Positions 6,712 to 14,405 of a stretch of DNA of 64,000 nt are shown in pieces. The stretch comes from a virus. Each line of letters opens with the position of its first letter. Position 1 is the first letter of the stretch. The position numbers and the translations under genes were made by a program. The stretch is from the IMG/VR virus record IMGVR_UViG_3300017917_002401, positions 25,128-89,127 of that record; one strand, written 5' to 3'. Below the pieces are notes generated by a model. It searched no databases. It was not told the origin of the DNA and saw only the letters and a program-made list of their open reading frames with translations.

Positions 6712-6869
6712 CGGTCTGCAAGCCTTTTCAAAACGTCGATGTTATCCCAGAGTATAGCATAAAGCATCTCTTGGCACAAGTCGTAAAATTCTTTTTTCTC
6801 GGCATCGGTGGCCACGTCCTCACGCATGAGGCAGAGCAGGAATTGGTAACGGTCTTTGTTTGTCATCAT
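6708..6869 (-). CDS. Small hypothetical protein (53 aa)
   Basis: Hand-translated MMTNKDRYQFLLCL...VLKRLADR; directly after a TATAAT box. Confidence 0.55.
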   Translation of the reverse strand: MMTNKDRYQFLLCLMREDVATDAEKKEFYDLCQEMLYAILWDNIDVLKRLADR

Positions 6870-6909
6870 GCCTCTATTATATCACAAAACACCAGACACG
6901 CGCACGTTT

Positions 6910-7045
6910 GTAAAAATACAACATAGGGATAAACCCCTATTGACACGCGCTCCAATATTATGGTATAATATTGGCGCCTGCGCTGTAATACCTTTGTTTT
7001 CAATTTGTGTTGAAAACAAAGGTATTACAAGGGGCTTTCGCCCCT
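6910..7045 (+). repeat. Intergenic element copy 6
   Basis: TTGACA(6940)-18-TATAAT-ATTGGCGC; 20-bp hairpin 6984-7029; terminator AGGGGC-TTTC-GCCCCT. Confidence 0.9.
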
Positions 7046-7049
7046 GTAA

Positions 7050-7373
7050 TCAGGCTTTCTCAGCCTTGATAAAATCGGCAATCTTTGCCAATGCCGTTTT
7101 GTTAGCTTTGGTCAGTGATTCCGTATCGGCCTCAGTCAGGCCCAGAGCAGAACCGATGTAATCGGCCCATTCGTCTTTTTTCACAACAGCCTCACCAGTT
7201 TTAGTGGTGTAGGTTTTCTTTTTGTAAACACCCTCACGCGACAGTTTAGCAACAACAGAACGAACCGATTTGCCCAGTGTTTCAGCAATAGCCTCTACAG
7301 TCACGCCAGTGGTATAGTCTCCTACCATCTTGGCAGTTTGTTCCGGGGTGTAATTCACAGTTTTAGCAGTCAT
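7050..7373 (-). CDS. T5 A2-like HTH DNA-binding protein, paralog 3
   Basis: VNYTPEQT...LGKSVRSVVAKLSREGVY...ESLTKANK; AGGAG RBS. Confidence 0.7.
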   Translation of the reverse strand: MTAKTVNYTPEQTAKMVGDYTTGVTVEAIAETLGKSVRSVVAKLSREGVYKKKTYTTKTGEAVVKKDEWADYIGSALGLTEADTESLTKANKTALAKIADFIKAEKA

Positions 7374-7406
7374 TTAAAAATCTCCTGAAAAGTCAAGGTT
7401 AAAAAA

Positions 7407-7613
7407 TCAATCAAGTTTGTTAAGACGTTCAGCCTTATCAAGTTCCATATCATACACCATTTTAACAAGATATGCAAGCATCAAGACACAAGCGCCAATG
7501 CCTACATTCACAGGGCCAAACAGTGTAAGTAGCTTAGCGATAACAAAGCCAGATACAATGGCAGTGCCAATGAGCCAAGCAACATTAAACAGTGCAGTTT
7601 GTTTCGGGGTCAT
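7407..7613 (-). CDS. Small 2-TM membrane protein
   Basis: Two hydrophobic segments; AAGGA RBS. Confidence 0.65.
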   Translation of the reverse strand: MTPKQTALFNVAWLIGTAIVSGFVIAKLLTLFGPVNVGIGACVLMLAYLVKMVYDMELDKAERLNKLD

Positions 7614-7625
7614 GGTTTCATCCTT

Positions 7626-7718
7626 TCAAGGTTTCATCACAAAAACAAAGTATAACACAAAGGGCAAGGCAATGCAAGCGGCAAAACCCAGTGCATCAAA
7701 AAATTCTCGCTTATTCAT
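7626..7718 (-). CDS. Small membrane peptide (30 aa)
   Basis: MNKREFFDALGFAACIALPFVLYFVFVMKP with GGAG RBS. Confidence 0.5.
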   Translation of the reverse strand: MNKREFFDALGFAACIALPFVLYFVFVMKP

Positions 7719-7872
7719 ACCAAATATCTCCAACAATTTTTCCATCAACAAACACAAAATAAATTGTACAATAACCAGAACGTGCAGAATAGTTATTGTT
7801 GCCATGATGCACAACATCGTATGCGCCCATGTCACGCTTAAGAATCGCTACCAGTGCATCAACGTGTTGCAT
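7711..7872 (-). CDS. Hypothetical protein (53 aa)
   Basis: AAGGA RBS before MQHVDAL; TATAAT upstream. Confidence 0.6.
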   Translation of the reverse strand: MQHVDALVAILKRDMGAYDVVHHGNNNYSARSGYCTIYFVFVDGKIVGDIWYE

Positions 7873-8160
7873 TTGTGTTTCCTTGTTGTCCATGTGCTCA
7901 ATTATACATGGATTATGCGCTAGTGCAAGCATTTTTCTAGAATTTTTACAAATTGTTACATCTTAGCTAGTTGGTTCACAATTTACTTAGGAAACAAAAG
8001 TACACAGACCAGGGGCGGTTAGTAGACCAAAGTTTACACACATGCCTGGGGACCCACCGGCACGGAAACTATATGGGATTTTTTCAACATTCAATAAGGT
8101 GCCAAATCTGCTCAGGCACAGCCTGACCCTAAACTGCAACAAGCTATCACAAGCCGTCGT

Positions 8161-8203
8161 AACCCACCCAACCACCCCCAACCACCCCAACCACCCCCAC
8201 CCC
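8161..8203. repeat. C-rich short tandem repeat (ACCACCCC(C)A); G-runs on the minus strand
   Basis: AACCCACCCAACCACCCCCAACCACCCCAACCACCCCCACCC. Confidence 0.85.
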
Positions 8204-8225
8204 AAGCAGCCACAAAATTTTTGAC

Positions 8226-8254
8226 TTGATCCACACATCCTAACCTGTTATAAT
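8226..8254 (+). promoter_or_regulatory. Promoter of the terminase operon
   Basis: TTGATC-17-TATAAT. Confidence 0.75.
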
Positions 8255-8276
8255 TGCCCAAGAGGAGACCAATTTT

Positions 8277-8753
8277 ATGAGTACCCATTTACCTGCGGAG
8301 GTTGTCAATATCTCCCCCGAGGCACTGGAAGTGTCTAACTGCTACCTACAACTACAAGACGCCCGACAAGTAGCCGATGAATTAGGCTTACCTATTGAAC
8401 AAGTTACCGATATTCTTGGCCGTCGTGAGGTCAAGCGTTATATTGACCAAGTTTTCTTTGATACCGGCTACAACAATCGTTTTTTAATGCGTCGTGCAAT
8501 GGACGCACTTATTAAAAAGAAATTTAGTGAGCTTGATGAGTCGGATACTGGTTCGTCAAAAGACATTGCCGAATTATTGGCCATGTCGCATAAAATGTCA
8601 ATGGACCTCTTAGACCGTGAGATTCAGCTTGAGAAAATTCGTAGCGGTCCTGGTGGCCCACAGAAGCAAGTTAACGTACAAATCAACGAAGGCCTAGACG
8701 GGTCGAAATACTCGCAACTTGTACAACGCCTGGTCAGTGGAGAAGGAATTTAA
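8277..8753 (+). CDS. terS: Terminase small subunit (T5-like)
   Basis: ISPEALEV..YL N-terminal HTH; directly upstream of terL; GAGGAG RBS. Confidence 0.85.
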   Translation: MSTHLPAEVVNISPEALEVSNCYLQLQDARQVADELGLPIEQVTDILGRREVKRYIDQVFFDTGYNNRFLMRRAMDALIKKKFSELDESDTGSSKDIAELLAMSHKMSMDLLDREIQLEKIRSGPGGPQKQVNVQINEGLDGSKYSQLVQRLVSGEGI

Positions 8754-10054
8754 TGCTGCTAATATCTCGTTCGGACATAGATCGTGATGCTATAACTGAG
8801 TTTGATGCTAGTCGCCGATTTATTAAACTACCTATTGTTAACTACTTAAAGCTGCTAGATATCTGGGACACGGTAAACCGTCCACAAATGGCCCTAATCA
8901 ACGCGGTGAATTCACCCAAGTACCGTTTCATTTGCGCCGCGCTAGCGCGCCGTCTAGGAAAAACTTATATAGCCAACGTAATCGGCCAGTTAGTGACACT
9001 GGTCCCGGGGTCGAATGTACTTATTATTTCACCCAACTATAACCTTTCGTCAATTTCATTCGACTTGCAACGTAAGCTGATCCGTCACTTTGACCTAGAA
9101 GTTGCGCGCGATAACCTAAAAGATAAAATAATTGAGCTGGAAAATGGAAGTACCATTCGCATGGGTAGTTTGTCAACGGTAGATAGTTGTGTTGGTCGCA
9201 GCTACGACTTGATTATTTTTGATGAAGCTGCACTAGGTGAGGGCGGTGAGGCTGCGTTTAACGTTGCGCTACGTCCTACTCTGGACAAGCCCAATGCAAA
9301 AGCCATTTTTATTAGTACACCCCGTGGTAAGCAGAACTGGTTTAGTCAATTTTGGAATCGCGGCTTTGACCCTAACTTTCCGGAGTGGGTTAGCCTGCAA
9401 GCTGATTATACTGAAAACACTCGCATGGCTGAGTCAGACGTGGCAGAAGCTCGTCGTGCTATGTCGCGAGCAGAATTTGAGCAAGAGTACATGGCTTCGT
9501 TTACCACATATGAGGGTCAGATTTTTAATCTAGCCGAATCAGATGTAATCGAAGACTTGCCTGAACACGTTATTAGTGGCAATAGTTGTGAATACATTGC
9601 TGGTTGTGACCCTGGCTATCGCGACTATACTGCGTTTGTGGTATTAGCATATTCGTGGATTGATGACTGCTTTTATGTACTAGACGAATACTTGGATAAT
9701 GAAAAAACCACATCAGGGCATGCTGAAGAGTTTCAGAAGCTGGTAGGCAAGTGGGGTGTTGAGATTGTGTTTATTGATAGTGCTGCTGCACAGTTTGCTG
9801 CTGACCTTGCCTATACCTACAATATTGCAACAACCAAAGCCAAAAAAGATGTGCTACCTGGAATTGCTTATGCTCAAACACTTGTGGGTCAAGGTCGCCT
9901 GAAAATCGCCAAGCACTGTACTCATGTACTAGCAATGATGGATCAGTATCGCTGGGATGACAAAGAAGGGCTACAGCGTGAGCGTCCAAAACACGATGAC
10001 TATTCGCACATGGCAGACGCACTGCGATATGCTCTCTATAGTTATACCATTTAA
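8753..10054 (+). CDS. terL: Terminase large subunit
   Basis: Walker A ARRLGKT, Walker B LIIFDEAA, ISTPRG, nuclease GCDPG and HMADALRY. Confidence 0.95.
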   Translation: MLLISRSDIDRDAITEFDASRRFIKLPIVNYLKLLDIWDTVNRPQMALINAVNSPKYRFICAALARRLGKTYIANVIGQLVTLVPGSNVLIISPNYNLSSISFDLQRKLIRHFDLEVARDNLKDKIIELENGSTIRMGSLSTVDSCVGRSYDLIIFDEAALGEGGEAAFNVALRPTLDKPNAKAIFISTPRGKQNWFSQFWNRGFDPNFPEWVSLQADYTENTRMAESDVAEARRAMSRAEFEQEYMASFTTYEGQIFNLAESDVIEDLPEHVISGNSCEYIAGCDPGYRDYTAFVVLAYSWIDDCFYVLDEYLDNEKTTSGHAEEFQKLVGKWGVEIVFIDSAAAQFAADLAYTYNIATTKAKKDVLPGIAYAQTLVGQGRLKIAKHCTHVLAMMDQYRWDDKEGLQRERPKHDDYSHMADALRYALYSYTI

Positions 10055-10121
10055 TTGTTTATTTTAGCACAGTCGAACTGTGCTGTCAAGTCAACCAGTT
10101 ATGGTATAAAAAATTTTATCA

Positions 10122-10150
10122 TTGACTATTTGCTGCTCTTAGAGTATAAT
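10122..10150 (+). promoter_or_regulatory. sigma70 promoter
   Basis: TTGACT-17-TATAAT. Confidence 0.7.
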
Positions 10151-10173
10151 ACTAGGAATGCACAGGTACATGT

Positions 10174-10605
10174 ATGGCCAAAAACACCAATAAAAGAATC
10201 CCTGTAAAATGGGTTCGAGACAGGGCAAAAAAAGCCTATGAAACTCGTGACTGTTGCGATATCTGTGGAACAGATAAAGATCTGGAGCTCCACCACACAC
10301 ATTCTATCACTATTTTACTTGAATCATGGGCTACTCGTCAAGGTTACGACATTTCCACTGATGAAGGCATTTTAGCTGTTCGTGATGAGTTTATAGCGGA
10401 GCACCATAAAGAACTGTATGAAGACGTGTATACCTTGTGTAATTTCCATCACGTCAAACTACATGGTGTATATGGTAAAGCCCCGCCTCCAGGCTCTGAA
10501 TCCAAGCAAGCACGCTGGGTTGCGTTACAGCGAGAAAAGTTTCTATCGGGTGGGCGTGAAATACCACAACAAAGTCATGGTTCGTCTTTTAGTGAATTCT
10601 ACTAG
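10174..10605 (+). CDS. HNH-type (putative nicking) endonuclease
   Basis: CDIC...LELHH...TLCNFHHVKLH; same position between terminase and portal as the T5 putative nickase. Confidence 0.8.
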   Translation: MAKNTNKRIPVKWVRDRAKKAYETRDCCDICGTDKDLELHHTHSITILLESWATRQGYDISTDEGILAVRDEFIAEHHKELYEDVYTLCNFHHVKLHGVYGKAPPPGSESKQARWVALQREKFLSGGREIPQQSHGSSFSEFY

Positions 10606-10614
10606 GAACGAATA

Positions 10615-11799
10615 ATGAATTGGTTTACCAAAAGTTACGACTGGATGCGCGAAAAGCTTAATCCAGCACAAGATCGTATTGCCTATCAAGAAGGTTTGTA
10701 CATAGGCAGTACACAAAAGATTACTTACCAACAAGCTTTTCAAAAGCTTGAGGTTGTTAACCGCAGCGTATCAATGCTGGTTAACGCATGCGCTAGTCTA
10801 GACTACGATGTAAAAGACAAACAAAATGATGGAGTTGTTGTAGGTGTTCGTCAAAAGACCCTAAACAACTTACTTAATTTCAAACCAAACCCATATCAAT
10901 CAATACAAGAATTTCGTCAAGCAATTTTCCAAGACTTGGTAATTGAGGGTAACGTATTTGTTTATTTTGATGGTACTTTTATGTACCACTTGCCGGCACA
11001 AAACGTACAAATTCTAACAGATACCAAAACGTTTATCCGCGGATATCGTTACATGGGTACTATTGATTTCAAAGAAGAAGACGTATTTCACTTCCGTGAT
11101 TTACACGCACAATCTATCTACCGTGGCAGCAGCCGCTTAGAAAGTGCACAGCGTAGTATTGATATACTATACGCCATGGAAGATTTCCAGGAAAAATTCT
11201 TTGATAATGGTGCGATTTTTGGTTTAGTGCTAACAAGTGATAATACATTATCACAAGTTGCCAAAGAAAAAACAATATCCAACTGGGTACAGCGTTATAA
11301 CGCTAAGAATGGTGGCAAGCGTCCAATCATTCTTGACAGCGGTTTAAAACCTACTCAAGTTGGTCAAGGCACGTTTAAAGATCTGGACTTTGACGAGTCT
11401 ATTAAAACGCATAATGATCGTATTGCGGTAAGTGTAGGCGTTCCACCAATCCTTCTAGACGGTGGTAATAACGCTAACATTAGTCCTAACCTACGATTGT
11501 TTTATCTGGAAACTGTAATGCCAATTGTTAGAAAATATGTTTCTAGCCTTGAGCGTTATTTCGGATATGATATTGAGGCAATTACTGCTAATGTATCAGC
11601 TTTACAGCCTGATATCAAAGAAATTGCACAATATCACGCAACTCTTGTAAATGGCGGCATTATCACTCCAAATGAAGCCAGAAAAGAACTTCGTTATGAG
11701 CCTATACCGGGCAATGACGACTTAAGAGTACCTGCTAATATTGCGGGTAGTGCTGCAGATCCATCGCAAGGTGGAAAACCGCCGCAACCAAAGGAGTAA
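10615..11799 (+). CDS. Portal protein (HK97 family)
   Basis: LLNFKPNPYQ, GNVFVY, VGVPPILL, GIITPNEARKEL. Confidence 0.93.
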   Translation: MNWFTKSYDWMREKLNPAQDRIAYQEGLYIGSTQKITYQQAFQKLEVVNRSVSMLVNACASLDYDVKDKQNDGVVVGVRQKTLNNLLNFKPNPYQSIQEFRQAIFQDLVIEGNVFVYFDGTFMYHLPAQNVQILTDTKTFIRGYRYMGTIDFKEEDVFHFRDLHAQSIYRGSSRLESAQRSIDILYAMEDFQEKFFDNGAIFGLVLTSDNTLSQVAKEKTISNWVQRYNAKNGGKRPIILDSGLKPTQVGQGTFKDLDFDESIKTHNDRIAVSVGVPPILLDGGNNANISPNLRLFYLETVMPIVRKYVSSLERYFGYDIEAITANVSALQPDIKEIAQYHATLVNGGIITPNEARKELRYEPIPGNDDLRVPANIAGSAADPSQGGKPPQPKE

Positions 11800-11800
11800 T

Positions 11801-13747
11801 ATGGTAGATAAAAATAAAATCCTTTACGTGAACTCTGCGTTCAGTGTAAAGGCACTACCAAGCGACTCAGGTGATGGTACCGGATCGGTTACTATCGAAG
11901 GCTACGCAAGTACCAACGATGTTGACCGTCAAGGTGACGTTGTACCAACAGGTGTATGGGAAAAAGGTTTAACGAATTACTTAAATAATCCAGTAATTCT
12001 TGCTTACCACGACCATAGTATGCCTGTGGGTAGAATGATTGAACACAAGATCGATAAAAAAGGTCTATGGATCAAAGCAACTATCTCCGAAGCTGCTGGT
12101 AATGTTTACAATTTAGTTAAAAACGGTATTCTAACCGCGTTTAGTATTGGCTTCCGTGTTATGGATGCCGAATATAAAAGTGATGCAGAAGTATTCTTAA
12201 TCAAAGATCTAGAACTACATGAAATTAGTGTCGTGTCAGTTCCTGCTAATCAAAACACTTTATTTAGTCTTTCTAAGGCATTTGAGACAGCCGAAGATTA
12301 TCAGTCATTTAAAATGCAGTTTGCAACCAGTAGCGACTCAGCTAAAGGGCTAGAAGCCTCCGGTACCGCAAAAAGCGATATTACAAAGGAATGGAACATG
12401 GATCCAAAAGATTTAGAAAAAATGTTAGCTGATGCTGCTGCCAAGGCTGCTCAAGCTGTTGTTGAAAAACAAGCTGCTGAAAAAGCTGCTGCTGACAAAG
12501 CTGCTGCTGAACAAGCTGAATTTGATGCTCGCGTTAAGGCTGCCGTTGCTCAGGTAACAGTTGGTCAAAGCGGTGCAGAAAAGCTACTAGCTGACGTAGA
12601 AAAGAAATTAGCTGATGCTCAAGCTGAACAAGCCAAAGCCCTAGAAGGCCTACAAGCCGAACTAAAGGCCAAGTCTGTTGAACTAGAAGCTATCACAAAG
12701 AGCCGTATGCAATTTGGCGATACAAAGCCAGGCGAAATGGCTTATGCAGAAAAAGAAAAGGCAGTTCTATTAGCTAAGGCTATGGGCCGCCGTGTTGAAG
12801 ATACCAAGTTTGGTGCCGAAATGGTCCAAAAGTATGGTCAACACTTACCAAGCGCTACATGGGAACTAGAAGTTAATCTAAACCTAGAAGCTGAAGTTCG
12901 TCGTCGTTTAGTTGTTGCTCCTCTGCTACGTCAGATCACAATGCAAACTAACGTTATGACAATCCCAGTAAACCCAGAAGCAGGCGTTGCATCTTGGGTT
13001 ACTAACGCTCAGTTTGGTAGCTCTAACAGTTCCGGTGGTTCTAGTTCTACAACTGGTTTCACACCAGGCGTTGGTTCTCCGCATGCATTAAAAGAAATTA
13101 CCCTAAACGCTTACAAAGTAGCTACAAACGAATACCTAGCATACGAAGAAGAAGAAGATTCTCTAATCGCTCTAATGCCAGTTATCCGTGAAGCTATGGT
13201 ACGTCGTTTAGCACGTGCTGTTGACCGCGCATTCCTACGTGGTGCAGGTTCTGGTAGCGACCCAGTTAAAGGTCTAGCAGGTTACGACGCAGTTGCTGAC
13301 GTAACTCCAAGCGCAGCTAGCGGTGTTGTTACCGTTGCTAATATGCGCGCTATGCGTAAGAGCCTAGGCGGTTGGGGTCTAGATCCAGCTGAAATCGTTT
13401 ATGTTGTTTCTCAAGACGTATACTACGATCTATTAGAAGATACAACATTCCAGACAATGAACCAAGTTGGTCCAGCTGCTACTTTACTAACTGGTCAAAT
13501 CGGTTCTATCGGTAACAGCCCAGTTCTAGTATCTGCTGAATTCGACAGCAAGGCTAGCGGTGCTCTAGGTGCTATCGCCTTTGCTCCAGCTAACTTCATC
13601 GTTGGTTCTCAGCGTGGTATCCGTGTTGATACACAAGAGCTAGTAGAAACTCAGCGCCGTGTATTCGTAGCAAGCCTACGTACAGGTATGACACAACTAA
13701 CTACTAACCTAGGTAGTGGTGTTGGCAAGCTAGTTTACGCTGCTTAA
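11801..13747 (+). CDS. Prohead protease fused in frame to scaffold domain and HK97-fold major capsid protein
   Basis: IEGYAST..DRQGD, AFSIGF, LHEISVVSVPAN; Ala/Glu/Lys coiled coil; capsid-like AVDRAFLRGAG; AAGGAG RBS before 11801. Confidence 0.9.
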   Translation: MVDKNKILYVNSAFSVKALPSDSGDGTGSVTIEGYASTNDVDRQGDVVPTGVWEKGLTNYLNNPVILAYHDHSMPVGRMIEHKIDKKGLWIKATISEAAGNVYNLVKNGILTAFSIGFRVMDAEYKSDAEVFLIKDLELHEISVVSVPANQNTLFSLSKAFETAEDYQSFKMQFATSSDSAKGLEASGTAKSDITKEWNMDPKDLEKMLADAAAKAAQAVVEKQAAEKAAADKAAAEQAEFDARVKAAVAQVTVGQSGAEKLLADVEKKLADAQAEQAKALEGLQAELKAKSVELEAITKSRMQFGDTKPGEMAYAEKEKAVLLAKAMGRRVEDTKFGAEMVQKYGQHLPSATWELEVNLNLEAEVRRRLVVAPLLRQITMQTNVMTIPVNPEAGVASWVTNAQFGSSNSSGGSSSTTGFTPGVGSPHALKEITLNAYKVATNEYLAYEEEEDSLIALMPVIREAMVRRLARAVDRAFLRGAGSGSDPVKGLAGYDAVADVTPSAASGVVTVANMRAMRKSLGGWGLDPAEIVYVVSQDVYYDLLEDTTFQTMNQVGPAATLLTGQIGSIGNSPVLVSAEFDSKASGALGAIAFAPANFIVGSQRGIRVDTQELVETQRRVFVASLRTGMTQLTTNLGSGVGKLVYAA

Positions 13748-13766
13748 TTTTAACATAAGTTAAACT

Positions 13767-13794
13767 GACAAGGATCGAAAGATCCTTGTCTTTT
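13767..13794 (+). terminator. Terminator after the capsid gene
   Basis: GACAAGGATC-GAAA-GATCCTTGTC-TTTT. Confidence 0.85.
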
Positions 13795-13838
13795 AATAGG
13801 ATTCTTAGAGTCTTATTAAAAGACAATGAAAGGGTGCT

Positions 13839-14405
13839 ATGGGTGCAAATTTAGTAACACTACAAGAATACAAAACACATACCGGCATCACTAGTACTAA
13901 TCAAGATGCTGAGTTAAATGCAATAATTCCACAAGTTTCGGAATTAGTAAAAACTTATTGCCGTCGTAGTTTTATTGATTACTATGACGAAGCAAAAACT
14001 GAAATTTTTAATGGTGGATTCAAAGAACTACTACTAAAAGAAGTTCCAGTTGTACAAATTATTAGTGTTTCACAAAGCCAAAATTATGGTCAAACCTATG
14101 AAAAGTTAGTAAAATTTACTGACTGGGTACAAAAAGATGATCAAATCATTAGTTTGAGTCCACAAGGTTTTCCGGAAAAAATAAATGGTTACAAGGTAGA
14201 TTATTTTGCAGGATATGAAACAGTGCCTGCTGATTTAAAAATTGCTATCCTTGATTTAATGTACTATTATATGCGTAGCGACAGTGCAGTTCATAGCACA
14301 AAGTCTATTAGTCCAAATACTATGCAAGTAGAATACATTACCAATACAGGCTTTCCAGCGCATATTAAGCGCATCTTAGATATGTATATGGTGGATTATC
14401 TATAA
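13839..14405 (+). CDS. Head completion / head-tail connector protein
   Basis: LVTLQEYK..., YFAGYETVPADLK, FPAHIKRILDMY; synteny with T5 p144. Confidence 0.8.
   Translation: MGANLVTLQEYKTHTGITSTNQDAELNAIIPQVSELVKTYCRRSFIDYYDEAKTEIFNGGFKELLLKEVPVVQIISVSQSQNYGQTYEKLVKFTDWVQKDDQIISLSPQGFPEKINGYKVDYFAGYETVPADLKIAILDLMYYYMRSDSAVHSTKSISPNTMQVEYITNTGFPAHIKRILDMYMVDYL

Noticed and set aside
2293-7045. Integron attC cassette array
   Set aside because: No integrase in the window, no consistent RYYYAAC/GTTRRRY ends, and the cassettes carry their own promoters
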